Shown: positions 11,740 through 24,290, counted from the first letter of the stretch. The stretch is 32,618 bases of DNA from Nemertoderma westbladi (GCA_032718475.1 JAUCBJ010004213.1:1-32618); one strand, 5' to 3'. A program made the numbers and translations. Notes: generated from the letters alone by a model not told the origin.

Positions 11740-13255
11740 ATTCGGTGGCCGGTGGAACTTCGAGACAGTTATAAAAATCCAAACCAAAACCATCCCAAGA
11801 CCGACCCGTCCAACCTGGAACCAGTCCAGCGACCCCTAACCAAACCGTACGACCCAGGACCGATTCATCCACCCCGGATCCGTTCCGACCACTCCAGAGC
11901 CAGTCCGTCCATCTCGGAACCAATCCGACGAGCCCATAAACGGTCCAGCCAGCCCGGAAACCAGTCCGTACAACCCAGAGCAGATCCGTCCAACCCGGAT
12001 CCGATCTAACCAACACAAGGGCCGACCCGTCCAAAAAACCGATGCCGATCCGACCAGCCTGGAAACCAAACCGGCGAGCCCCGCACTCGAGCCAGCCAGG
12101 CTGTGACCAGTCCGACCAACCTGGAGCCTACCCAGTTAACCGTGACAGATCTGGCCTCCCAGAGACAGTTCGACAAGCCCGATGAAACACGGCCCATAAA
12201 TCATATAGTCAATCAGGTGTTGTAATGACCTTGTAGTACTCTAGGAGAGCATCATGTTTAGCGCTGTAAGGAAGGTCTTTTGCAGTTAGTATTGATCGAA
12301 CATAAATATGGTCGAATTGATCTCTGAGTGAGCCATCATCAACCGTTCCCCTGAAAAGTGCCCTGAGACTGTAATTATGGGTGGAGAGTCCAGTTAGGCT
12401 GGGTGTACCCATTCTCCAACCTGACACCCTGTATTCATCGTAGAGAGCCACCCGCTTGGACCCGCTTAGTTGTAGGGCCAGGAGATGGCAAGCAAGGTTT
12501 GTAACTTTAAAGTTTCCACTGTTGAACATCCCATAGATCGATCTGCATTTGGACTGGCAAACCAGGGATTCTAGATCCTTGCTGACGAAGAGTTTGTGTA
12601 GTAAAGTGTTAGAGATGTAGTTCCCAACCCTGATCAGCGATCGCATAGCCTTACGCCATGTGATAGATATGTCTTTGATCATTGACGGGTCCATCATGTA
12701 TGAGCCATAGGTGATCGATGGTGTGCAGATGGTGCGCTAGACCAAAGCGGTGACTTCTAGAGATGCTGTATCAGCGGAGAGTCCTCTGGAGTTGATCCGA
12801 GAGGTGTTAGTCCATATCTTGCTTATGAAATGATCTCTCACTACTTTATTGTTTGTCGGAAGGGGTAAACCAAGAAAGGTACAGTGTTTCTCTGATGTCA
12901 GCTTGTGACCTTGGTTGGTGACCATGGTATCACTTTTGTTATGAGTTCCACAGGCAACATAGTGCGATTTCTTGATATTCAGCAGTAGGGAATGTTCCTT
13001 GAAGTATGCTTCGCAGAGACTCAGGAGGGACTTCAAGTCCGATTGTAAATTTGCTAGCCACAGAATGTCATCAGCATAGCTCAATGCTGCATATGATTCG
13101 GCCCCAATGTGAACCCCTAGGTTTGACTTTTCAATAGATTTAAAAAGGTCAGCTAGGTAGAAATTAAATAATAAGGGAGATAAGACTCCACCTTGCCTGA
13201 CACCACAATTAAGCTTTATTTGGTCTTTGATCAGTTGGCCATTGAGTTGGCCATT
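11740..13255 (-). mobile_element. 5'-truncated non-LTR retrotransposon (RTEX/L2-like RT) with probable G-rich 3' UTR
   Basis: Translation GVRQGGVLSPLLFNFYLADL...LSYADDILWLA...FLG. ORFs 12737-13084 and 12209-12697 are in the same frame, separated by one TAG. Assigning 11740-12208 as UTR is inference; clade uncertain. Confidence 0.85.
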
Positions 13256-13395
13256 ATTATGGGTTGAACCCTGCGCAGCAGTCTGGACTAAGTAGGCCTA
13301 ACTTCAAGGGATCTCATGACTTCTTCATTAAGAAACCAACAGAGACTGACAATTAGCGGCACAAGCTATACGTCTGCATCGGAATAAATTGATTA

Positions 13396-14190
13396 CCACC
13401 ACCACCAGGATCGGCATGCTGCATTGCAGCTGCATTTTTAAGAATGCTGTGCCGGCTTATCGACAAAATTGCACCGCCACAACTCCCTATCACCCATGAC
13501 ATTTGCTAGATCATCCGCACCTTCAAGGCCAGTGTCCTTTAAGATGCGTCTCAAGAAAGTCATGGGCTGTCCACCATGCTTATTCACTCCATGAGGCTGC
13601 CAAAGTACAAGATTATGCACTGGCTGGTCCTCACGGCGTAAGCAATGTCCTGCAAAGCGGAGGCGATTTTGTTCTAGTGTCAAGCTTGGGGGAACCAATG
13701 AGACACCTCCAATGTTATATAGTGTCTGGTTGGAGATGTGTGCATTGTACTTGACACAATGAACCCGGCGTAGCATTCTTGTGAATGTGCCATCCAGAGA
13801 TTTGGTGTCCTCAGCAGTTAGAGCCAAGCATGGACTCCCATAGAGGAGTACTGGAACTACTGCTGCTCTAAATAATCGGACCTTAAGTTTCCGATTAATT
13901 CTCGGTGATTTCCAAATCCTGGAAAGCCTACTCAAGGCTGCCCATGCCTTTCCCTTACGTATTCGAAGGTCCTCACCTGACTTCCGGATCCATGATCCCA
14001 GGTAACAGAAGTCATCCACATGCTCAAGCATACCATCTTTTGAGCTTATGCTCATCCGATCAGAGACTTGCTGAGTACTTTCAAAGTTAACTGTCAAAAT
14101 TTTGGTTTTTCTGGAGTTAATAAAAAGACCAACACTAGAAGCAGCATGTTCTAATGAGCTGAGGAGCCGATGGGCTCCCTCTAGTGATTC
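13396..14190 (-). mobile_element. RTE-clade LINE family 1, 5'-truncated copy with intact ORF end
   Basis: ORF 13438-14097: VDDFCYLGSWI, KAWAA, KVRLFRAAVVPVLLYG, RLRFAGHCLR, LVLWQP. Short 3' UTR and (TGG)n tail. Confidence 0.92.
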
Positions 14191-14748
14191 TATATTGATA
14201 CCATATTATTCTATATTGATTCCATATTGATTACAATATGGTGTGAATCCAGGTCTCTTGCAATACCCCTGATAGTTTATTTGACCATGTCTCTTCCCCT
14301 TTCATATTCGGAGGTCGGGAGGTCTTCACAACAGCAGATATCATAATCCAAGATTCTTGGAAGTAGAAGTCTTCTACGTGACCTTGAACAAGGCCATCCA
14401 ACGACTGAATGAAAAGACTGTTGGTCGATAACACGCTGGGCGGAATCCAAGTTTACAAGTAGATCAACATTGAATGTCACCTGTTCCAGTCTGCTGAGCA
14501 TCATTGGGATCCATTCAATATTTTTGACATTAAACCTTGATTGTCAGCAATGTCCGTGAGTGTATGGGCGGTTTTCCTCTACTTCCTTCTCTACTACACC
14601 AGATGGTTGTATTTCCAGCACATCTATATTATGTTGGTAAAGAGACATTGGCAGCGCCTAGTACGGCACAGTAATGTGTAATGTGCACAGTAATGAGCCA
14701 TGAGCAAGCGTATTTATTATTTGAACAACACCAATGACACTTAATGTG

Positions 14749-14929
14749 TGTGGATCCACATCTGTTGTAGAGACAAACATTGTAGATCCACATCTGTTGT
14801 AGAGACAAACATTGTGGATCCACATCTGTTGTAGAGACAAACATTGTGGATCCAGATCTGTTGTAGAGACAAACATTGTGGATCCACATCTGTTGTAGAG
14901 ACAAACATTGTGGATCCACATCTGGTGTA
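14749..14929. repeat. 32-bp minisatellite, about 5.7 copies, unit TGTGGATCCACATCTGTTGTAGAGACAAACAT
   Basis: Units start at 14749, 14781, 14813, 14845, 14877 and 14909. Confidence 0.95.
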
Positions 14930-14944
14930 CAGAACAGGGATCCC

Positions 14945-15190
14945 ATGGGCCTTTCTCAAGGATTTTAAACATGTTTCAGCGGCAGATAGAGTCAAAGGCC
15001 TTGAAGAAGTCTACAAAGATAATGCATGTCTTGGTATACAATTCTTCAATAATCTGCCAAAGACCCAGAATGGTGTACCTTTACGGAGGCCTTTTCGTTG
15101 CCAGCCATTCGAGCCTTTTAACAGGATCCCTTATTCGTTTAATCATTATTCTGTTGAATAGATTAGTGTAGCTCCAATTGAAATCGGGAT
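14945..15190 (-). mobile_element. RTE-like reverse transcriptase fragment (decayed)
   Basis: Minus strand reads CIIFVDFFKAFDSICR*NMFKIL, the RT DFxKAFDS motif. Confidence 0.75.
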
Positions 15191-15444
15191 GATTCAACGA
15201 TATGACCCGTAAATAGAGTTTAGGTTTAGGTTTAGGCACAGTACCTAGATTGTTAGTCCTGATTTATTACGGTGCTAACTTTACGCGGTAGGCCTACATG
15301 ACTTGGAAAATTGGATGTATTAGGACTAAATATTCATGGATCGTGAATACCACAAGAGTTAGGACATATAATAGAAACCTGCAGTAGTATCTACTTCACA
15401 GAACATATCGCCTATGGGGATGTATTAGATAATAAATATTTGTT

Positions 15445-15684
15445 TGTTGGAGGCAGTGGGAATGGAATGGTCGCAAGTCCTCTCTCGGCGAATCATTCTT
15501 ATATTCCGTCGCAAAGTTAAATTATCAATTTGGGAGATGAAGTAGGTTATATTGGCACGTTATTCTAACCAAAACAATAAACTAAACTCAATAGAACAGG
15601 TTACAGTATAATTTATAGTCATATTGTTATTTGCTTCGATTATCCCATGGAGAGGGATGGCGACGAAAGACCCCGCCCTATCTG
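15445..15684. mobile_element. Small MITE family A, copy 3 (diverged)
   Basis: GTTAAATTATCAATTTGGG...GGCACGTTATTCTAACCAAAACAATAAACTAAAC...GGAGAGGGATG...CCTATCTG. Confidence 0.6.
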
Positions 15685-17060
15685 GTTTGTTGGAGACTGT
15701 TTGGCGAAATATCTTGTGAGAAGGTGTGATGGAGGGTGAAGGATGAACCTATAAATTGATGAGGCGTGTAGTAATTTTAAGTAGTCACGCCTGGCGGGTT
15801 GTGGGATGTCTCATTCACTCTCAGTATTACATTAATAACTCTATGATATGAATATGATGTCAGCTGTTATTAGTGTTGATTGGTTCGAATATCGCTAGAT
15901 TAGCCATGCATATCGGTCGCGTATGAATGCACGCCAATATGTTATTACAGATCTGTATTATTATAGGCTTATATATATATCTGCGTTACGTTAATATTTC
16001 CCTGTATCAAAATTAGTTCCCTCCCAACAACAACAATCCATAAAATAACAAAAACTCGCAAGTCTGACGAATTCGTGCAGCATAAATATAAGCGATCTAG
16101 TTATATCGGCGTCCGACACACATAAATAAATACAGACATTTGGAATACGACAATAGTATAATGTATAACAGTTCTGACTCAACAAACATGAATAAATATC
16201 GTATTTGTATTAGAATATCAGGATGCGCTAATATCATCGTGAAAGCGTCCCGGGATGGGGCAGCATCAGACCATAATTACACTCATTAGAAGATATTGAT
16301 CAACATGTTTTCTCTTATTATTCGTTGCCCATTGTTCTAGTAATAGCTATCGCTCAGTTCCCCTCCCACAAATGTAATGGCGACTATTATATCGCTCTCT
16401 GGGCCTCAAGTCTGCCAACTGTTAAGGAATTTCCGAACGCAACATCCGGAATTTTTCGGTATATAGCTATTGCAGCTGTTGATTTATCGATTAATAAACG
16501 TTATTTAATACAAATTGGTAAACGAAATGTTGCAATTTGGAGATTCAACGAGAAAGGATATCTTTGTTCGCCAAATAAGAAATATATTCTAAGGGAATGT
16601 TTATAAAAAAGACATGAGTCAAATCTAAATAACTAATTTATAAATTATCATAATGTCAATAATTTTTTGATGCATGATGCTGATGCATGGTGTCATAACT
16701 GAGTATGGCAAGGCTGCGGGGGTTAGCTATTTTGGAGACATATCGGTGCTTGGCGTTGAGGGCCATTGAGAACGGGAGGGGTGGGGTGTTCCGTGAAGAA
16801 TTCCATGTTTGCACTTAAAAATGTCAACCTGGACCTTCTTCACAAACACTCGTAGTCGTGTATGCAGTTCATATAGTTCCTTTTACTGGGGGTCTCGACG
16901 AGTTGCTGGGAAAAGAGCTGTGAGGTACTAACAGTGACGTTAGCGACAAGTGATTAGTTTAAAATAATATTAAATGAACAAGTATTATAATATGCAGGTA
17001 TAGCATAATTAAATTAAAATAAAGATTTTAAACATAATTGTTAAATGTGTTAATGAAATA

Positions 17061-17949
17061 CACCATGTCCCGTAATATAGTGTCATTTTCTGATGACACG
17101 GACCCCCCCCAGATTTTTCTACAAATCTTTATCATATTGCTTGAAATTTGAAACACAACTAGTTCCACTCACCGTCGTTGACCCCATGAAGCCGGAATTT
17201 TCGATTTCGCCTTTAATTTTTTTTAATAAGCGTTTTAAAAAAGTGTCTTTTGCGAAATCGCACCCTCCGTATCGTGGCTATTCTTCAGATTAGTCGTAAT
17301 TTTTTCATATCATTAGAAAGCATGCGTTGAAAGGATTCAAAATATGTAACAATATCTGAACTGAGAAATAGGCGTTCAAAGATTGCAAGAAGTATCGTTC
17401 GCTAGATGCCATTTACTCTATTTAATAAATTAACAATGTTCTGGAACATTTAGTTTAAGTATGAATAGCTACGCAATAGATATATTGGATAGGAATACCG
17501 CTGTTGCCTACCAACTCATAAAATAAATAACACGTTCTAGAATTTTGTGTATTTATTAAATAGAATAAATGGCTTGCAGCGAACGATAATTCTTGCAATC
17601 TTTGAATGCCTATATCTCAGCTGTTTCTCAACGAAATTCAGATATTGTTACATATTTGGAATCCTTGCAACGCATGCTTTCCAATGATATGAAAACGAAT
17701 TACGACAAATCTGAAGAATGGCCATGATACGGAGGTTTCGATTTCGCAAAAGACACTTTTTTATAACGCTTATTAAAGAAATTTAAAGGCGAAATCGACA
17801 ATTCCGGCTTCATGGGGTCAACAACGGTGAGTGGAACTAGTTATATTTCAAATTTCAAGCATTATTATAAAGATTTGTAGAAAAATCTTGGGGGGGGGGG
17901 GGGGGGGTCCGTGTCATCAGAAAATGACACTATATTACGGGACATGGTG
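17061..17949. mobile_element. 889-bp foldback MITE of Tc1/mariner type with TA target-site duplication
   Basis: TA|CACCATGTCCCGTAATATAGTGTCATTTTCTGATGACACGGACCCC at the left end with its exact reverse complement followed by TA at the right end. Inverted arms of about 390-420 bp around a short spacer. Confidence 0.92.
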
Positions 17950-18559
17950 TATTATGTCAAATAGGCCAAAAAGAATTACAAATGCAACATTGAGCTTTAT
18001 ACTCGACAACAATAATTGTTAATTGCGCCGCACTCATTTCCTATTGTTCAAGTGCATAACGTAATATAAAATAGCGTAATTATTGAAAAATTTCCTCGCA
18101 CGCTGCGCTAGTTTCCCACTTCTTTTTAAACTATTCATTCCGTAAATGTGCATTGACGGTATCCAGCAATAGAAGCTGTTCTAATTGCACAAAGTGTACA
18201 GAAGTCAAGCGTGTCTGTAACGATGCCATGTTGATTCAAACTTGACTGACTGACTCCCATAGAAACAGGTAAATGCGCACACAGAACCTGAAATACATAG
18301 CAGCATTTATGATAAGTTCTCTTTGATTCCAACCCTTCAACCGTGTGTGGCGTGAGCAGCCCCGTTACCATACATTAGTATACCAAACCTTACTCACTCA
18401 AGGATGACTATTGAAATGGGAACATTTTTATCAACTATTAATACGAATCGTTAGAACATGATAAATTTACTGCAATTAACAATATTGTTATATATAAAAA
18501 AAATATAGTTATATATTTTTATAACATCTTGTAATCGACAGAAATTAGTGGCCAGCAAG

Positions 18560-20780
18560 GAAAAAGCCTAAGCAACTGATGATACCTGGCCCAATTGTGA
18601 TGAAATGCAAAACATATACAAAAACTATTCAGTTGTGAAAATTAATGACCTAGTATCTTGCGATCAACGGCTGAAAGATATAATGGCAATACCCGATATA
18701 GATGAGGCAGTTGGTATATTGAATTCGGTGCTCAAACAACAACTCAGTGTGTTGGAACCATTCCGCGAATACCAAATGAAAGCGCGTCACTAGCCATGGG
18801 TTGACCAAGAGGTTAAACAAGCAATAAGTGTACAAGGCTTCAGCGTAACTCCATATGCATTGCACTGAACCAACTAAAATGGAGATCCGTACGTGGCAAC
18901 AAATCTCAAGAAGAATAAAAAAAAGTTGAGTTTATTAAATCAAAAATTACAGAAGCGGGGCGAAACAATAGAAAACTATGAAAATCATTGAAACGTCTCG
19001 GTCTCCCATCTAATAAAAGTTTGTCAAATGCAACAGCTACAAATGGAATCATGGTGAATGGTAAAATTTGCCGGAATCACATTGGGATCAGTGCACACTT
19101 CAATGAATACTTCATAAACATTGATGATGATCTAACAGCAAATCTCACCCCACCGTCCTGGTAGATATGGCGCAGAAGCAACAAAATAATACTATCATAA
19201 AATAGGGGTTGTACTGTACCTGATTCTTTAAGTCTCCAACCAGTCAATGAAGCTGAAGTTATTATAAATAAACTTGATGTTAGTAAGGCAACTGGATCTG
19301 ATGAAATCCCAGCCATAATCGTTAAGGAGGTGTCACCAGACACCTCCTTAGTAAATCTAATAAAAATCTGGAACAAATTGCCCAAAGATGCAAGGATCTG
19401 CACATCAATAAACGCATTTAAAAATAAAATAAAATTACTATATCTATATCAATATAAAAGAGATGATACATAAATATTCCGCATCACTCCCTACCTTGTG
19501 CTTTGTTGTTCTATTAATTGTATTAGTGTAATTTGTAGTGTAATATTAGTTAAATATATGTCTTAATATTGGATAATTATTATGTATGTACTAGAATATA
19601 ATGTTACATAGTAGCATTGGCCCTGTGACGCTTAATCACTCAAATTATCAGTGTGTACTTTTGTGCGTACTGCCTCAATAGAGTTTTAGCTATATTGAGT
19701 TTTTAACGTGATTAAAAGAAATAAAACTAAAACTAAAACTAAACAGACATATCAACAATATTTACATATATCATGAACTTATCTTTGGTCAATAGTATTT
19801 TTCCGAATATCTACAAAAAAGCCCCAGTGAAGCCAGCATATAAATCAAAGGGACCAATACTTGAGAGAGGTAATTTCAAACCACTGTCCCTTTTGTCAAT
19901 TCTATCCAAGATAATGGAAAGGGCTGCCTACAACCAGTTCTAAAGATACCAATACACTAACAAGTTAGTAAATAGACTCCAATCAGCCTATCGCATTGGA
20001 TACTCTACTACTGAAACCGAAGTCATGGTGGTGGATAATATTATCAGGCCTCACATTTGCTGATGATACAGCATTGATCACTGATGGTGAAGATGTAGCT
20101 GCTATCGGACAATCCCTAACTGAGACAATGAACCGTGCTTTCTATTGGTGCGTGGAGAATTAATTTTGATAAAACGGAAGTGATCCTACTTGGATCTCAT
20201 CAGAAAATCAATGCCTCGCAGCACCTGGAAGTATATTGTGGGATTAAATTAGACTTCATAATGCTGATTCAGTCAAATATCTTGGGTACGCCCTGTGTAA
20301 CTGGCTGAGAAATGGCCATTAATGCAATGGAGAAAGGCAACGCGAAGCTCAAATTTCTTTTACCGAAATGGAGGTGTTCTTGATAAATATACTCGCAGGT
20401 TCTTATGCAATTCACTAATAATCCAGCCTCATATTGATTATGCTTCTCCCACTTGCTTTTTCACATGCTCACAAAAACAACGCAATCAACTCGAGGCTCT
20501 CCAACGAAAGGCTATTCGTTATTTCCTTGGATTAGGACCACGGATTCATATCTGCCTTGAACATTACCAACTCATCAATTCAACAAGCAACTGTACCCTT
20601 TCGGCAAACCGTATATGGGCAAAGAACTTTCTGTTATGGGACCACAGCTCTGAAACAAACTGCAAGACCCTCATATAATAAATGCGCCTACGGTTGTATC
20701 TTTTTCCATCGGCTAAAGAAATACCACCTACAGGAACTGAATCAACAAAACTCGTCTTCATTCATTCCGGCTGACAATAA
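18560..20780 (+). mobile_element. Decayed L2/CR1-group LINE ORF2, interrupted at 19343-19743 by a younger insertion
   Basis: Fragments PWVDQEVK, KLDVSKATGSDEIP, NFKPLSLLSILSKIMER, QSAYR, FADDTALI, KYLG and QPHIDYAS, with many stops and frameshifts. Confidence 0.85.
19343..19743 (+). mobile_element. Nested 3' end of an L2/CR1-group LINE
   Basis: KIWNKLPKDARICTSINAFKNKIKL (typical ORF2 terminus), AT-rich UTR, AATAAA and (TAAAAC)n tail. Flanked by CAGACA at 19337-19342 and 19744-19749. Confidence 0.8.
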
Positions 20781-20877
20781 CTTATTTTTAATTATCATAA
20801 ACCATTTCCATTTTAGACTATTGCTGCAATAATTTTAATTTATGTCCAACTTTTCACTGTTATATTTTAAATTTATT

Positions 20878-21141
20878 TTAATAATAATAATAATAATATT
20901 GGTTATTTATATAGCGCTTTTCTACGCTCAGCATACTCAAAGCGCTTTTATTATCATTCCCCCAGCAAAGCCAGGTTCCCATTATACCGCTGGGTTGGCG
21001 TAGGCACACTAATGTCTAAAGTGTCTTGCCTAGGGACACAACAGTGCGAAATTTCTACGGCCTTTAGTCGGATTCGAACCTGCACCACCAAACACTATTG
21101 TGTAAGCAGTTCAGGCGCCGTATCCACTCGGACACTGCGAC
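20878..21141 (-). mobile_element. tRNA-derived SINE with L2-type tail
   Basis: Minus strand shows A-box-like TGTCCGAGTGG, B box GGTTCGAATCC, central GTGTCCCTAGGCAAGACACTTT, tail AAAGCGCTTTGAG...AAAGCGCTATATAAAT and (ATT)n. Confidence 0.85.
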
Positions 21142-21309
21142 ATTTTACTATAGGAAAACAAAATACTCAACTTTATTTTACTGGAATAAGTTTTACTCGT
21201 ACATTTTTACTTTATTTTACAATAGGAATATCATTTTACTGGAACTACATATTTCTGTAGCATTCGTACAAATCCCACGTTATTACATTTAGGACCCTAC
21301 GGAAACCTC

Positions 21310-22680
21310 TTCATGAAAGGGTATCCCTTTCAAGCTGGTCTATATATGTTATAGCCGGTCGTCCACGGGTACGCTTTCCATGTGATGGTTGCCAGAAAAG
21401 TAGATCTGTTATGACAACGTCTTCACTTCTTCAGCAGTGCCCACTGAATCTTAATCTACACGGAGGGTGGTTGATACAGGTGGAATAGTACCATAGAACT
21501 CGGCGTTTGTCATGTGTTGCCTCCAGCTGATGTTTATGGCTGCCCTTAGTAGTCTTGTGTAGCAATCATCAATTCAGTGTTCACGTGATTTCGTCACGCC
21601 GGTATAAAATACACTTGGCATTGTGGCTCGAAAGAACTTAGTCTTCAGGTGCCTGGAGAGATCTGATTTCCAGATGGTATCCATTTTTTATAGAGCTACC
21701 CAAGCCTTTGCTTTCCTAACTTCTATGTCCTTTTTGCTACTCTCTACCCATGAAACAAGGTACTGGAAGTCGTCAACCTTCCTTAGTTGGTTATTATCAA
21801 TTGTTGTCAAGTTTCCATTAACATTAAAAGTCATGAAGTCGGTCTTGGTAGCATATATTTGCAATCCAACCTCCTTAGAAGCCCTCAACACTTTATTCAG
21901 TAGAAGCTGTGCATCTGCTAGCGTATTAGAGAGCAGGGCGATGTCATCCGCAAAGTCGGTGTCTGTGACTGTATTTGCCGGATATCTACTACTTCTGCGT
22001 TCTTGTAGTGTGAATCCCAGATCTTCACTCTTTGTGGCCATCCTCATTGCGTAATCCAGTACAATTACAAATTGGAATGGCGCCAATGTGTGTAGGACAC
22101 CCCAGCCAGGATTCAGAAGAACTCAGTTTCACCATCCGGTGAGAGTAGCTGAGCTTCTGTGATACAATATAATAATCCAATGCCAGCCACAATTACCTCC
22201 GGTATTTCATAAGCTCTTAGGATTTCCAGCATTTTATCTCTATGGATTGAGTCGAATGCTTTCATGAAGTCCACAAAAGTCAGGAGAGCGGGGAGATTCT
22301 TTGACTTAACTCGCTCATCCACTCGCTTTATGATTGGACATGCATTTAATGCTTCTTTGGAGTGCGGCGGGTGTGAAGTCCCCTGTTTCTATAGGTAGCT
22401 TGTTGTCATATGTTTTCCTTGTAGGGCTGACCTCGATGTTTGGTGGCTGCCCAAGCAAGTTCCTGAAGTGATCTTTCCATTTCTCAATACGTTCTTCAGG
22501 ACTATCAGCTTTGAGGCGCCGCTTAGCACAACTTTTCCGACCAGATGCCTCATTTACAGTTTGCCAGGTAAGTCTTGATTGTTGTTGTATGTGAGCAGCT
22601 GTAATTTCTTCAATCTTGTCATGTACGTACTTGTCCTGGCTGATGTTGTAGGCCAATTTAAGATCTTCCTTAAATTTCTC
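21310..22680 (-). mobile_element. RTE-clade LINE family 2, decayed with internal deletions
   Basis: FVDFMKAFDSIHR, LAPFQFVIVLDY, DTDFADDIALLS, KVDDFQYL, KAKAWVA and LFWQPSHGKRTRGRP spread over several frames. Confidence 0.9.
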
Positions 22681-23064
22681 TGATCTCTACAGTCACAATA
22701 AATTTTTAAATATATCAATAATTGCCAAAGATATTTAAGATAACATTTACCTGTTGCTATGTAAAATCCATGTTGCTAAGGGTAGAAATATGAGGTTTAA
22801 AGTGTTTGTATGACCAGACTTTTGGGATTTTTGTCATCTATATATGTACATTGAGATTGAATAGGTTTAGTTTTTTTTAGTCCAGTATTATCGCGGTGCA
22901 TTATTCGCCAATCAGAACCGTCTCTGACCATATAAATCTGGACATTTAGAGCGACCTTAGATTCAGGTGTTTTAGCTAAAGAGTGAAAGCAAAATAAAAT
23001 TCCGCCTCACCCAGTAAGTGATCGGGAAGTGAAAGACTCTCTGTTTCGAATTTCATCGAATCTC

Positions 23065-23156
23065 ATTAAGATTTGAAAAAAAATTTGGGGGCGGGGGTTG
23101 GGGGGGGGGGGCATATCACTTCTGAATTACGACAATATATTACAGGATATGGTGTA
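23065..23156. mobile_element. Solo diverged terminal remnant related to the 17061-17949 MITE
   Basis: AAGATTTG...G-run...ATATTACAGGATATGGTG|TA resembles the right end ATATTACGGGACATGGTG|TA. Confidence 0.55.
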
Positions 23157-23775
23157 CAAAAAGGTAGCTTGACAAATATTTTTTGGGGAAAATTATCATT
23201 ACCTCGCTCGGTATCGATACACAATATACACATATAATCGAACGGATATTGTAAGATTACGGACTGACTCTCTAGTTTCTATAACAATAAGCACCACCTA
23301 TTGCCATTATAATTGATGAAATTCAACTTCTGAGGTCCAGCTAATGCTGATTTTAGGTGTGGTTTATGTAGCGCAAACTACTAATCGTCTGTAATTCGAC
23401 AAAACCCCTAAGTCGATTTTTGTAGTTTTGAGAAAAACGAAAAAAACTGAATATTTTAAGAAATCTTGAGTAATGCGATTTAATTTTTTACTAAATATCA
23501 CCTAAAATAGCGTATAATATGTTTGGGCACATATTTTTAGAGGTAGATCGCATTTTAGACCATTTAATTTGATATCTGTTGTTTTGCCAGATTGTGAAAC
23601 AAAATAGGTTAGAACATACAATTAAGCTTAGCGTTAAGCTTTAAGTTATCTTTAGAATGTGGGGTTTTATCAGATACAGTCTGGCCCATTAAATGACTTA
23701 TTATTAGGTCTAAGGGTCCAGTAAAGAAAAGCTCTTATATTAGAAACACTGTAATATTACCATTATTTTTATAAT

Positions 23776-24290
23776 TACTACTTCTACTATCAGCATGCTG
23801 CATTGCAACTGCATTATTATGTATAACATATATATTAATAATGCTGTGCCGGCTTGTCAACAAAATTGCGCTGTCACATCTCCCTACCACCCATGACATT
23901 CGCATCTTCAAGGCCAGTGTTTAGATACGCCTCTAACAGGCGTTCCAAGAAAGGCATGGGCTGTCCACCATGTTTATTTATTCGCCAAAGCACAATATTA
24001 TGCACTGGCTGGTACTCACGGCGAAAGCAATGTCCTGGGAAGCGGAGGCGGTTCAGCTCAAGTGTCAAGCTAAGGAAGACTAATGGATGTTTCCTCCAAT
24101 GTTGTATAGAGTCTGATTGGAGATGTGTTCATTGTACTTGACACAGTGAACCCGGCGTAGCATTCTTGTGAAAGTGCCATCCAGAGATTTGGTATCCTCT
24201 GCAGTTAGAAGCCAGCATAGACTCCCATAAACGAGTACTGGTTCTACTGCTGCTCTAAAGAGAATCGAACCTTTAGATTCCGTTTTATTC
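23776..24290 (-). mobile_element. RTE family 1, 5'-truncated diverged copy
   Basis: Colinear with about 13400-13900 (RLRFPGHCFRR, NKHGGQPM); degenerate (TAG)n tail. Confidence 0.88.

Noticed and set aside
11644-12197. Pro-rich and Gly/Trp-rich ORFs as genes
   Set aside because: Low-complexity GC-skewed tract open in several frames; no domain or convincing splice structure.
14749-14929. CRISPR array (32-bp palindromic repeat)
   Set aside because: Units are head-to-tail with no unique spacers, there are no cas genes, and the context is a eukaryotic intron.
15218-15236. Interstitial telomere-like (TTTAGG)3
   Set aside because: Only three units and not the metazoan TTAGGG repeat; consistent with an ordinary microsatellite.
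18135-18371. Additional channel exon or Cys-rich ORF behind a tttcAG
   Set aside because: No TRPC or ankyrin similarity, ends in a stop, and exons 2 and 3 already join in frame.
21060-21141. tRNA gene
   Set aside because: A/B boxes are present but there is no convincing acceptor stem, and it continues into a SINE body and tail.
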